Positions 39,013 to 48,538 of a stretch of 64,000 bases of DNA are shown one piece after another (position 1 is the first letter of the stretch; each line of letters starts with the position of its first letter). The position numbers and the translations under genes were made by a program. The DNA is taken from NCBI GenBank assembly GCA_963761305.1, contig CAVXGK010000002.1:2080001-2144000 (forward strand). The letters run 5' to 3'. This DNA is from an uncultured Gemmatimonadaceae bacterium (GTDB lineage: Bacteria > Gemmatimonadota > Gemmatimonadetes > Gemmatimonadales > Gemmatimonadaceae). Under the pieces are notes generated by a model. The model was not told the origin of the DNA and ran no database searches. It saw only the letters and a program-made list of their open reading frames with translations.

Positions 39013-40338
39013 CGCGCAACGTCGAGGATGGCGCCGGACGGCCCGAAGGTTCCGAAAAAAATCCCGGCGACGGCTCGAGACGAACGAGCGTTCGTAGATT
39101 CTGACCATCAGGTCTCGAAAGCCGCGTTCCAATTCGTCCACCGTCATCCGTTCGGGAACGAAGTTCACGTCGAACAGCGTGCATCGCTCCCACGCGCCCG
39201 GTTCGATGATCCGCCCCTGCGCGAGGAGACGGTGGTAGAGCGGCGTACCGGGGAACGGCGTCATGACCGTGATCTGCACTTCGCACAACCCGGTTTCTTT
39301 AACGAACTCGTACACGGCATCGAACGATCCGGCGTCGGTGCCGTCGAGTCCCAGGACGAAGCACCCGTTGAGCGTGATCCCGGCTCCTTGGATCGCGTCG
39401 ACGGCCCTCCGATATTCATCCAGCCGTTTGCGCTTCCAGTTCGAGCGATGCTCCAGTCCGTCGAGCGCGGACGCTTGCGGGCTCTCGAAGCCGACGAGAA
39501 TCTGCGCGCACCCGCTCGCCTTCATGGCCCGAAGCAGTTCGGGGTCGCGAGCGACGGAAACGTCGGACTCCGTGAACCATTTGAGGCCGAGTGGACGGAG
39601 CGCCTCCACGAGCGCGCGACCGTGGCGCTTGTCGGCGAACGTGTTGTCGTCGGCGAACTCGAGGAACGGCTCGGGCCAGATGCCGCGGATCGCCTCGATC
39701 TCGGCGAGAATCTTCGACACGGGCTTCGCACGGTAGCCTGGGCGCAATCGGATGGATGCCGCGCAGAACTCGCAGTTGAACGGGCAGCCTCGCTGCGTCT
39801 GCACGGTGAGGCGGTTGTAGCGAGATGGGTCCAGAAGGTCGAAGCGCGGCATTGGCGCCAAGGACAGATCGAACGCGCCGGGGCGCGCCTGGTAGCGCGG
39901 CTTCACCTGACCGGCGCGGAGATCCCGGATGACCTCCGGCCAGACCGGCTCCGCCTCACCGATGACGATTCCGTCGGCGTGGTGAGCAGCTTCGTCGGGC
40001 ACGAGCGTCACATGGAGACCGCCAAGGATGACCGTCACACCCGCCGCGCGATAGCGGTCCGCGAGCGCGTAGGCATCCTTGATCATCGCGGTGAAGCTGG
40101 AGATTGCCACCGCGTCGAAGCCGCCGTGTAGCGGCGCGGCCAGGTCCAGGTCCGCCACCTCGATGTATTCGACTTCGATGTCCGGCAGCGTCATGCCCGC
40201 GAGCGTGAGAAGCCCGAGACTGGGCAATGACGCGATCACTTTGCTGCGCTCGACGAATCCGGGCAGGTTGAGTCCCAACTTCAGCAACTCCTCGCTGTGG
40301 ACCCGGACACCGCTCATGGCGATAAATCCGATCTTCAT
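38971..40338 (-). CDS. B12-binding domain radical SAM protein
   Basis: SLGLLTLA, ILGGLH, IGEAE, RGCPFNCEFC, DDN, GFES, TPFPGTPLY. Confidence 0.93.
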   Translation of the reverse strand: MKIGFIAMSGVRVHSEELLKLGLNLPGFVERSKVIASLPSLGLLTLAGMTLPDIEVEYIEVADLDLAAPLHGGFDAVAISSFTAMIKDAYALADRYRAAGVTVILGGLHVTLVPDEAAHHADGIVIGEAEPVWPEVIRDLRAGQVKPRYQARPGAFDLSLAPMPRFDLLDPSRYNRLTVQTQRGCPFNCEFCAASIRLRPGYRAKPVSKILAEIEAIRGIWPEPFLEFADDNTFADKRHGRALVEALRPLGLKWFTESDVSVARDPELLRAMKASGCAQILVGFESPQASALDGLEHRSNWKRKRLDEYRRAVDAIQGAGITLNGCFVLGLDGTDAGSFDAVYEFVKETGLCEVQITVMTPFPGTPLYHRLLAQGRIIEPGAWERCTLFDVNFVPERMTVDELERGFRDLMVRIYERSFVSSRRRDFFRNLRAVRRHPRRCASCRGRSGRGSGVH

Positions 40339-40358
40339 GGTGCGTTCCTCGCCGCGGG

Positions 40359-40751
40359 TCAGTTGGTGACGACGCCCGCAAGCGTCGCCACGATGCCGGT
40401 GAACACGCCGACCACAGGGAGGGCAAAGAGGTGTCGGAACGAGGGTCGCCAGGCGGCGAGGAAGCAGCAGGTGGGCATGGCCACGGCCGCCACGATCAGC
40501 GCACCTGCGGCGAGCGACGCCGCCCGGTCCGGCAGCGGCATCAGCTGATTGGTGAAGGCGAGGAGGAGGTTGAGGAAACCGAGTCCGAAGAACGAGATGT
40601 GCCCAAGCCGCGCGAGGCGGCGGCGGAAGCTCGCGTAGCCACCCATCCAGTTCTCTCTATGGAAGAACAGCCCAAGGACCGCTCCCGAGACTACGCCGGC
40701 GAGCATGCCGCTCCACCCCGTAACGAGCATGGCGCGCGTGATCGAATTCAT
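40359..40751 (-). CDS. small four-TM membrane protein
   Basis: GGAGG RBS; GLFFH, RRRLARLGHISFFGLGFLN; probably co-transcribed with the radical SAM gene. Confidence 0.75.
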   Translation of the reverse strand: MNSITRAMLVTGWSGMLAGVVSGAVLGLFFHRENWMGGYASFRRRLARLGHISFFGLGFLNLLLAFTNQLMPLPDRAASLAAGALIVAAVAMPTCCFLAAWRPSFRHLFALPVVGVFTGIVATLAGVVTN

Positions 40752-40988
40752 GTGTCCTCCCCCTTCCCCTTTGGGCGCTTTCGCGGCCGTTCCTGGCGAA
40801 CCGGTGGTCCGCGGATTCGCCGGAAAGGTTGTAGCGGGAAGAGGCCGCGCCCATGCGTCAGTTGACGTAGACGGAGGGGCCGCCGCGTTACCCTCACACC
40901 GGCCGCGGCGTAGCGAGCGCAACCGTCGGGGCAGGCAGGCACGTGCATTGCCTTCAGATGGAAGCGACTCTTTGCGGAGCTCCTGTCT

Positions 40989-41252
40989 ATGGATCTATTG
41001 ACCTGGTTGATCGTTGGACTGGTCGCCGGCGTGCTGGCGTCGCTGGTGATGGGTGGAACGGGCTACGGTCTCGTGGGCGACATCATCATCGGGATCGTCG
41101 GCGCGTTCATCGGCGGCTGGCTTCTCCGGGTGTTGGGGACCGGGGTCCCAGTCGGTGGACTCCCTGGCGTGATAATCGTGGCGTTCATCGGAGCGGTGGT
41201 GCTGTTGTTCATTCTCCGACTGGTGCGCAGCGCCGGGCGAACACGCGTCTGA
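40989..41252 (+). CDS. GlsB/YeaQ/YmgE (transglycosylase-associated) membrane protein
   Basis: WLIVGLVAG.LA, GDIIIGIVGAFIGG, AFIGAVVLL. Confidence 0.93.
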   Translation: MDLLTWLIVGLVAGVLASLVMGGTGYGLVGDIIIGIVGAFIGGWLLRVLGTGVPVGGLPGVIIVAFIGAVVLLFILRLVRSAGRTRV

Positions 41253-41420
41253 CGGACTGGCATCGGCGCTCATGCCACATCTGGCATGAGCGCTGAGCCC
41301 GAGTTGGTTCGTTGACAGAACCCAACGTCGCCCCTAAGCCCAGCCCTCGCGGTATTGGCGCGCGACGGCGTGTTCGTTGGCGGGCAGTCCGGTGGCGTGG
41401 CGTACACCGCGGAAGAAGAC

Positions 41421-41963
41421 TTAAGAGCCGACCTTGAACGGAATCGTGGCCACGATGGTGCCCCAGGCCACGTGGAGCTCAGGCTTCTTGGCGTCGATTG
41501 AGAGTGTCACCTGTTCCACCGGCGCGCTCGCCTTGGAGACCGTCATCGGCGCTCGGCCGATCTCGAGCTTCGGCAGGTACGGTATGCCCCATTGGTCTGG
41601 CGTGTCGAGTTTGCCGATGAGCAACTGCCAGGTCTTCTCCCCCGGCTCGGTGCTGATCGTGTAGCTGCCGGGCTGGAGATGCACCGCTCCAAAGGTGAGC
41701 GGCTTGTCGGTCGTGATGACCGTCGCCTCGTCGGCACCCGTGCGCCACGGTTGGCCAACCGGCATCATTTGAGATTCCGGGCGCTTCTTCAAGAACGGAC
41801 GACCGTACTGGATCGAGACGGTCGCGCCGTTCACCATCCACGTGGTTTTCTCGTGCGGACTTCCGCCCTGTCCGACGCCCATCGAGACAGTCGTTTGCGC
41901 CGCGGCAACGGACGATAGCGTGACGGACGCGAGGACGGCGAGAATCGAGCGTGAGACTTTCAT
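41421..41963 (-). CDS. DUF2911 domain secreted protein
   Basis: SP, IQYGRP, WRTGADEAT, GSYTI, QWG; AGGAG RBS. Confidence 0.88.
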   Translation of the reverse strand: MKVSRSILAVLASVTLSSVAAAQTTVSMGVGQGGSPHEKTTWMVNGATVSIQYGRPFLKKRPESQMMPVGQPWRTGADEATVITTDKPLTFGAVHLQPGSYTISTEPGEKTWQLLIGKLDTPDQWGIPYLPKLEIGRAPMTVSKASAPVEQVTLSIDAKKPELHVAWGTIVATIPFKVGS

Positions 41964-42187
41964 GAGGAGCTCCTAAGAAGGCGGCCTCGAGCGGCGGAAA
42001 GCGACCGCGTGGTCCCCAAAATCTATGGCAGAGAATGTCGTTGCAATAAGTCCGTAGTGTGCTGCGTTGGGCAGACGAGGTCTGGCAGCGACCCTCATCC
42101 GGCGGTAACGTCGGGATGGACCGAGCAACTGCCTGGCACGTTCGGACCGAGCGCATACCCACTCAGCGAAATGGCGGAGGCCGATCA

Positions 42188-42646
42188 ATGCATCGCATTC
42201 TGCTCCTCGTTCTCGGCGGCGCGGCCTACACTGCGGCGTCACCGCGAGTTCCGACGCATGCCGACGACGCCTGCGCGCTGCTCACACCAGCGCTGATCGC
42301 CAAGGCGACGAGTCTCACGGTCGGTGACCCCACGCCCGGCAAGCCAATCCCCGGGGTCTTGGCCCGGTGCACCTGGGAGGGGACCAACTCCACGCGAGTC
42401 ATCGTCACTCTTGCCGACGCGAAGCACATGGACATTACCGTGCACGCGACGGAGAAGAGCGGCGGCGATGCCGTCACCGGGATCGGGACCAAGGCGGTCG
42501 GCACGAAAGGCGCTCCGGCGTTCGGTGGCGGCTACATCGTGAGCGTCCTCGATGCGAAGGGCGGGTTCGGAGTCAGCATACTTGGCCCGGGTGGAACGCG
42601 CGACCGCGCCGTCGACCTGGCCAAATTGGTCGAGAGTCGCCGCTAG
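42188..42646 (+). CDS. secreted DUF3558-like protein
   Basis: GGAGG RBS; signal peptide; DACALLT...CTW...GIG.KA. Confidence 0.7.
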   Translation: MHRILLLVLGGAAYTAASPRVPTHADDACALLTPALIAKATSLTVGDPTPGKPIPGVLARCTWEGTNSTRVIVTLADAKHMDITVHATEKSGGDAVTGIGTKAVGTKGAPAFGGGYIVSVLDAKGGFGVSILGPGGTRDRAVDLAKLVESRR

Positions 42647-42776
42647 GTCGCTTCGCGGCGACGAACGCAACATCGGATCGGTCGTTACGCTGCGGCGTGT
42701 TTTGGCGCTCGTCGTGCGGGCGGCTGTGTGCACCCAACCGCCCGCACGGAATCGTTCGTCTACCTCGTGATGTGTG

Positions 42777-43553
42777 CTACGCCGCCGGCGGTGCGGCAGC
42801 TACGACGGGCGTAGTCGTCACCGGCGCCGGAGCGTTCACCGATGGCGGTGGCGTCGGAGCCGGTGCCGGACTGAGCGCCCGCACCGCCTGCTCTACCCCG
42901 GCGACCGGCCCGCCTCTCGAGTCGACCCGCCGCGCCTTCCTCCACTCGGCCAGCAACCCGCTGTGCGCGACGTCCGCCGAGAGAATCGGGACGACGAAGT
43001 CGTTGAGCGCCTTGAACGCCAGGCGCGCGCGATTCTCGAGGTCCTTGAGCGTTCCGGTGGCGCTGGACCGCTGACCGCGCGCCGCGGCCCGCGTGTCGAT
43101 CGACGTTTTCACCGCGTCGGCCGCGGCGGTGAGGTTCGCGATGAAGTCCTGCGAGAGCCCCGCGTCGATGAACACCTGCGCGTACGGCTGCGCCGCCTCG
43201 GCCATCCCATGCGCGTGGGCGAGCAGACTGACGATGCGGGTGTTCGGACTCGGCATCGTCATCGCTTGGAAGTTGGGGACGGTCCTCAACTTCGCCCGTG
43301 CGACCGATGCGATCGGCTGCATGTGATTCAACCGCAGCGCGAGACGCAACGTGCGCTGCCTCGCGGTCTCTCCGATCGCGTTGACGCGCCCCGCGACTTG
43401 TTGGCCGCCGCTGTCGCCGAGTGCATCGACGATCGCGTCGAGGTCGGCGCGCATTCCCGACTTGTTGATGGTGCCCAACAGAGCGTCGTTGGTGATCAAG
43501 AACGCCTGGATGCGGCGTCCCGTGTTGTAGATCCGTTCTTGTAAACTGTTCAA
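42777..43553 (-). CDS. hypothetical helical protein with Pro/Ala-rich tail
   Basis: TTG start with GGAGGA RBS; RRIQAFL, HMQPIA..AR, FIDAGL..DF, LLAEW..ARRV. Confidence 0.7.
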   Translation of the reverse strand: MNSLQERIYNTGRRIQAFLITNDALLGTINKSGMRADLDAIVDALGDSGGQQVAGRVNAIGETARQRTLRLALRLNHMQPIASVARAKLRTVPNFQAMTMPSPNTRIVSLLAHAHGMAEAAQPYAQVFIDAGLSQDFIANLTAAADAVKTSIDTRAAARGQRSSATGTLKDLENRARLAFKALNDFVVPILSADVAHSGLLAEWRKARRVDSRGGPVAGVEQAVRALSPAPAPTPPPSVNAPAPVTTTPVVAAAPPAA

Positions 43554-43799
43554 ATGTCCTCCGACAGATGAGTGATTGGATGAACTGGCGTCGAGCTGTC
43601 TTGCAGCCCTGCTGAACGTGCGGTTCCGAGCAATTGATGCCGTCGCCTGGCCTCCTTGGTTGTCGTTTCGGCGAGTTGATGCTCGCTCGAGACGCGTCGA
43701 CGTCGTCTTCACGAGCTCCAACGTGAGCGGTTCATGTGGCGATGGTGTGGCACCTCCGTGTGATGGGTGTTGAGATCGGCGCGATGCGAGACGGTTCCG

Positions 43800-43947
43800 C
43801 GCCGAGTGAACGGCGGACTCCGTCGAGTGAACGACGAACGACCGTCGAGTGAACGACGGAAGACCGTCGAGCGAACGATGAACGCCGTCGAGTGAACGGT
43901 GAACACGGTTGAGTGAATGCGTGCGACGGTCGAACGAGTGCGTCGAC
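43800..43947. repeat. degenerate 21/22-bp tandem repeat (~7 units)
   Basis: CGTCGAGTGAACG core at 43821, 43843, 43865 and 43886; degenerate units at 43800, 43907 and 43928. Confidence 0.8.
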
Positions 43948-44299
43948 CTCGAGAACGCCGCGTCACCGCTCGCGAATGGTCGCGGAGCGGCGAGTGGTGC
44001 CCGGTACGTCCACGCCTGGTCGGCGGAGCCGGCGGCGCGCGTCGCCCTACGTAGTGGTCTAGGATCTGAACGGCGAGGAATGGCCGTTCGCGCTTCGGCG
44101 CCGAGAGGGGGCGAGAACTTCGCGACACGCGCCCCTCTACTTATGTCTTATCGCCGGACCGCGTTTCGGGTCAAGGCAAATTTTGCCGGCTGTAAAAGCC
44201 TCATTGAAGAACTTTACCACGCCGAGCCCGGTCATATTGACTCACATTGGCTGGCAGCCGAGCCGACACGACGGCGAAGTTCGGCGATTCGCGGGCGCT

Positions 44300-44370
44300 C
44301 TCTCCTAGACGGTTTAGGCAACATCGTGTGCTGCGGATCTTTGCCTAGTCGATCTAGGAGAGCTTTTTTT
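44300..44370. promoter_or_regulatory. inverted pair of palindromic boxes / long hairpin with T-tract
   Basis: CTCTCCTAGACGGTTTAGGCAA ... TTGCCTAGTCGATCTAGGAGAG followed by T7. Confidence 0.5.
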
Positions 44371-44716
44371 CTGCCCGACGTTATCCGTCGCCAGACGGAC
44401 TTAACTGCCCGCATCGCCGAGCCGCCGCTGGCAACCGAGGCGTCATTCTCGCGGGCCCCTGATCTTCTAAACGTTCAATTGAACGACTTTATACGCAGCC
44501 ATGACGCTCGCCTGACGCGTATAACCGTTTACGACGGTTAGGGGATACCCCGAAACCGCGGTCGGCGGATAAGTAATAAGTAGAGAGGCTCGAGTCACCG
44601 AAGTCGGAGGGTGTGGAGGGGGCGATCACGACGGTGGATCCCCCGCGCGCTTCTCTCTTCCCGATCTAGAACTGTCGCGGTAGTCTCTCTTTTTTCACCC
44701 ACCCAGGAGAGACCCT

Positions 44717-45055
44717 GTGCAGGTCGCCGAACTGCTCCCCGGCACCCTCGACGTGCTGGTCCTCAAAGCCGTCTCGCTCGGGCCGCTGCACGGGTACGGC
44801 ATTCTTCTTCGGATCGAGACGATCTCGAAGGGATGCTTCGCGCTCAAACAGGGGACGGTCTACCCTGCCCTCTATCGGCTCGAGGATCGTGGGCTGCTCA
44901 AATCCGAGTGGGGGGAGTCGGAGAACAACCGGCGCGCGAAGTTCTACTCGCTTACGGCGGCGGGACGGAAGGAATTGACCGATGGGAAGAACCGGTGGCA
45001 CGACGTCATAGCCGGCATGACCGCCGCGCTGCGGGCGACGAGGGAGTCGTTGTGA
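44717..45055 (+). CDS. PadR family regulator (acidobacterial type)
   Basis: LLPGTLDVLVLK, PLHGYGI, GTVYPALYRLE, EWGESENNRRAKFYSLT. Confidence 0.93.
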   Translation: MQVAELLPGTLDVLVLKAVSLGPLHGYGILLRIETISKGCFALKQGTVYPALYRLEDRGLLKSEWGESENNRRAKFYSLTAAGRKELTDGKNRWHDVIAGMTAALRATRESL

Positions 45056-45161
45056 GGCGGCACGTCGGATCGCGAACCGTGGTCGTGCGTGGTCAGTCCG
45101 CTCTTACGGCGACGAGCGATGAACGGCGAGGCCGGTATCGAGGATCCAGTGCCGGGATGGG

Positions 45162-45922
45162 ATGACCGATCGTCGCCTGTTGGTGGTTGAGCTCGCCTTT
45201 TCGTTGCAAGTACTTCCCGGCGGCGTACTCGGTGCCCAGTCCGCCGCGATACGTGGCACGGTTGTGGGTAGAGTGACAAGCGATTCCGCCGGCGCTCATG
45301 GAGTCGAAAGCGCTGAGATCGCAATTCCCCAGATCAGCGTTTCGGTGCGAACGAGCTCGATGGGGGAATACCGGATCCAGCTTCCGCCGGGCCGCTATGT
45401 CGTCACGGCCCGACTGCCCGGCTTCCGAGCCCTGAGTGACTCCGTGACGGTCAGCGCCTCCAGCGACGCGCGCCTGGATTTCGTGCTGGATCAGCGCGTC
45501 GTGCGACTCGACTCTATGGTCACACGCGCGGAGCAGGCGGCTCCCAGAGGTTCTTGAGAGTCGGCTCAACGGGATTCGTTTCTTCCATCCACCGATAGCT
45601 GGTCCTGACGCGATGTGGGCCGTCGGCACACGAGCGCCCCGCGGTCAAGAGTGCGGCGTCCTTTTGAGGTGCACGAGGCCGGACGGTACGCCCGTTCACC
45701 ATTCGAACGAGTTCCGCGATCTGTGCTACTCGAACGTGTACGTGGACGGCGTTCTGATTTACGACGCAGCGAAAATGACGTCGGTGGTACCGCCTGACCT
45801 GGCGCAGCTCAACGTCGCAACTATTGCCGGAGTTGAATTCTACGCCTCCGAGGCCTCAACGCCTGTCCAGTTCACAGCGAGCCCCTGCGGCGTACTCGCG
45901 ATCGTGGACGAGGGAGAAATAA
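45162..45922 (+). pseudogene. CarboxypepD_reg plus plug-like domain protein, disrupted
   Basis: G.V...V....TSSMGEY...G.Y.V.AR..GF; stop at 45557; later frame CYSNVYVDG...IAGVEFY...CGVLAI(W)TR. Confidence 0.75.
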
Positions 45923-45959
45923 GACTGACGATCATCCGCGTGGCCACCTGCTTCAGTTT

Positions 45960-45988
45960 TTGAACGTGAGCGCACCCGGCGCTAACTT
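45960..45988 (+). promoter_or_regulatory. sigma70-like promoter for the tRNA-like RNA
   Basis: TTGAAC-17-TAACTT; predicted +1 near G45995. Confidence 0.55.
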
Positions 45989-45994
45989 GAGATC

Positions 45995-46097
45995 GCCGTG
46001 GCGTGGTTGCCCTGTGGAAGGTCGGAGCGGTGGGTTCGATTCCCACGAACCATCCTGGGCTCCGGAACCGCAAGCCGGGTTCGACTCCCGGACGGCA
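45995..46097 (+). ncRNA. putative tRNA-like structured RNA with two T-arms
   Basis: GTGGG-TTCGATT-CCCAC (46030-46046) and CCGGG-TTCGACT-CCCGG (46075-46091); closing stem GCCGT/ACGGC; no canonical cloverleaf or anticodon arm. Confidence 0.55.
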
Positions 46098-46174
46098 TTT
46101 TACGCGGGCGACGAGAACGAGGATACCGAACGTCGCGACGGTCGGGCAATTGAAGAGAACGGGCGGAGGCAGGC

Positions 46175-46798
46175 ATGCGCGATTGGCGAGGACTCATCGC
46201 TGTCGTCGCGACCGTGGCGCTGGTGGCTGGATGTCAACGAGAGCATCTGGTGCAGCCAGGGACGGGACCGACGGCTCAGGCAGCACCACCGCTCGCGAAC
46301 GAGGACATCTCCGCGATTTACGCGGCAAGGCACGTTTCGCCCATTCCCGCTACCGAGAGTGACATTCAGGAAGCGCGCGCGCACCCGCTCCCGCTCCCCA
46401 AGTCGGTTGATGTGGCGACCGCCGTGGTCCTGATGCCCAGGCTGCCTGTCCCCGACGCGGCAGCCGTCGTGCTTCGGCGTCCGAGTTTGTGGCCCGCCAG
46501 CGTGATCATGCTCCAAGAGGACAGCCTCTCAGTCGGCGCGTTCGAGTCCGCCCTGTTTGCGCTCTCGAACGAAGTCACACGGGGCGGCGGAGTCGAAGCG
46601 CCCTCGACCACGCAAGTGTTGCAGATTCGCGGTCAGGAACTCCCGACGGGAAGCAACGCCGCCGGGCGCAACATGGACCAATGGATTCTCGACAGGTTGA
46701 AACAGGCTCCGAGACGCACCGTCGCAGGCGTCGGCGCGTATCGGGCGGTTCTGCTGCACATTGGAGCGTTCACCGCCGCAAAACCGGACAGCCGATAG
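46175..46798 (+). CDS. hypothetical lipoprotein
   Basis: GGAGG RBS; LVAGC lipobox. Confidence 0.65.
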   Translation: MRDWRGLIAVVATVALVAGCQREHLVQPGTGPTAQAAPPLANEDISAIYAARHVSPIPATESDIQEARAHPLPLPKSVDVATAVVLMPRLPVPDAAAVVLRRPSLWPASVIMLQEDSLSVGAFESALFALSNEVTRGGGVEAPSTTQVLQIRGQELPTGSNAAGRNMDQWILDRLKQAPRRTVAGVGAYRAVLLHIGAFTAAKPDSR

Positions 46799-47049
46799 CC
46801 GCGAGTGACTCGAACCTCTCAAGAGTTGGAGCCTCCGACAATCCCGGGGCGATTCAGGGTGTGCACGCGAAAATGATTGCATACCACACCTCCTTGGACT
46901 GCCGTTACCAATCGCCTGCGGAGTAGCCGGAGGCGTGGTGGAGGTATTGTCGCTTGGTTCTGGTACCAACGTTGACCGCCCTCGGGGCTTTACTCGCCCG
47001 TGTCGTCGACCGTCTTGATGCTCACTCAAAGAGTGTTCGCTACTCGCTG

Positions 47050-47949
47050 ATGGGGCATGGGGCCGCGCCTGGGGCGCTGGCGCTCCTCGTGTTCGTCGCC
47101 GCCAGTGCCGCTGCGCAGCATGTCCGAATCCGCGTCACGGATGACGTGGACGACGCTCCAATCCCGAATGCTGTCATCAGTGTGCTCAACGACGGCAAGT
47201 CGCTCCGCGCTGACGACGCAGGCGTGATCGTCGTCGCGGTCGCCCATTCCGGTCCGAACGTATTCACCATTCGGAGGCTCGGCTACCGTCCCATTACCAC
47301 CACGCTCGACGTGCCGGCTCACGACACGGTGAAAGTGCACGTCGTGATGAGCGCGGCATCTGCAGCGCTGGACACCGTGAGTGTCACCGCGCGCAGCATG
47401 GCTTCGCAATTCAGCGCATTTGAAGCGCGCCGACTGCGCAACTCGGGCGGCCGCTTCATCACGCGGGAACAGATTGATTCACAACGGCCGATCGAGACGG
47501 CCGATCTCTTGCGCCTAATACCCGGGTTTCGCGTCGTGCGGCCGTCGAACGGGGGCGACCCGCTCATCGAGTCGACCCGGGGCAAGACGAGCCCAGGCGC
47601 CATGGGTATGCTCGGCACGGAGCTGCAAGGTTCGGTACCGTGTCATCCGCGAATCGGCGTGGACGGTGCCGTGTACGGGGTGGACTTTCCAATCGACGAG
47701 ATCGAGCCGTTGAAGATTTACGGCATCGAGATCTATGATGGCGCGGCCACTCTACCTCCGGAATACATCACCGGTGTCGCGGTTGGTGGTTCATGCGGCC
47801 TGATCATGATCTGGACGCGGACGGGTGGCGGCGAACACCCGAAGCCGCCGCCGGGCGACGGGACGCGCCTGATGACTAAACGACTCGATCGCGAATCACG
47901 TTCCTGGCTTCGGGCAGGTTCTACGTCGACGAGGCGCGAAACCTCGTGA
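47050..47949 (+). CDS. CarboxypepD_reg plus plug-like domain secreted protein (intact)
   Basis: PIPNAVI, RRLGY.P, LD.V.V.A, FEARR...GRFITREQI, LLR.IPG, VDG, IYGIEIY, CGLIMIWTR. Confidence 0.75.
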   Translation: MGHGAAPGALALLVFVAASAAAQHVRIRVTDDVDDAPIPNAVISVLNDGKSLRADDAGVIVVAVAHSGPNVFTIRRLGYRPITTTLDVPAHDTVKVHVVMSAASAALDTVSVTARSMASQFSAFEARRLRNSGGRFITREQIDSQRPIETADLLRLIPGFRVVRPSNGGDPLIESTRGKTSPGAMGMLGTELQGSVPCHPRIGVDGAVYGVDFPIDEIEPLKIYGIEIYDGAATLPPEYITGVAVGGSCGLIMIWTRTGGGEHPKPPPGDGTRLMTKRLDRESRSWLRAGSTSTRRETS

Positions 47950-47958
47950 GGTGATTGT

Positions 47959-48351
47959 ATGTCCAAGTTGTGTTCATCTTTGATCGTCGTAGCGGTTGGC
48001 GTGGCCCTGGGGTGCGCGTCTGCCACCAGCCCGCGCCCGACACCCGCGAGCATCAGGATTCTCGAGCCAAACCCCTTTCTCATTGACGCAACAGATACGC
48101 GGCTCCTCACAGCGAATGTGTTTGATTCGGCAGGCGTGCTGATCAACGCGCAGGTTCAAATCATCTGGCAAAGCGCCGATACCAGTGCCGCACAAGTCGA
48201 TCAAACGGGCCTGCTCATGGCGCGCCAGTTTGGCTCCACGACGGTCCGAGCGACAGCTGATGCGAATGGCGCACGGGTGCAGGATTCGATCGTCGTCGAC
48301 GTGACGCGGGGAATGGTTACCAACCGGGCACCTGCCGACGAGAGACGTTAG
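47959..48351 (+). CDS. Ig-like (Big_2) lipoprotein
   Basis: GAGGTG RBS; ALGC lipobox; W.S.D..A.VD.TGL..A...G.T.VRA. Confidence 0.8.
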   Translation: MSKLCSSLIVVAVGVALGCASATSPRPTPASIRILEPNPFLIDATDTRLLTANVFDSAGVLINAQVQIIWQSADTSAAQVDQTGLLMARQFGSTTVRATADANGARVQDSIVVDVTRGMVTNRAPADERR

Positions 48352-48538
48352 GCGTCTCTGCGTCCGGCAGCGAGTCCTCTCTCGCGATTCTGCGCTCCGC
48401 ATTGCCTCGGCGGAGGGTCTTCCGCCGCTGCGTCCCATGTCCGCGCCGCGCCCGGCACTACCCGCGCTCTTTCGCAGCATAGGCTCATGGTAGCGTTAAT
48501 TCCCTGACGAGGATTCTGGAGTTTCGCTGCCGCGCACG

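Noticed and set aside
41355..41420. Possible cysteine-synthase C-terminal remnant (LARDGVFVGGQSGG)
   Set aside because: Too short to distinguish from chance.
43800..43947. 21/22-bp repeats as a mini-CRISPR
   Set aside because: The constant part is ~13 bp and the variable part 8-9 bp, far too short; the repeats are degenerate.
43909..44541. 210-aa ORF in the padR upstream region
   Set aside because: Atypical codon usage, no motifs, and it overlaps repeats and a hairpin; probably non-coding.
44580..44665. Glycine riboswitch upstream of padR (GAGAG...CACCGAAG)
   Set aside because: Lacks the downstream CTCTCAGG element and relevant gene context.
45995..46097. Canonical tRNA or tRNA-Sec gene
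   Set aside because: No 7-bp acceptor stem, anticodon arm or CCA, and two T-arms; reported instead as a tRNA-like RNA.
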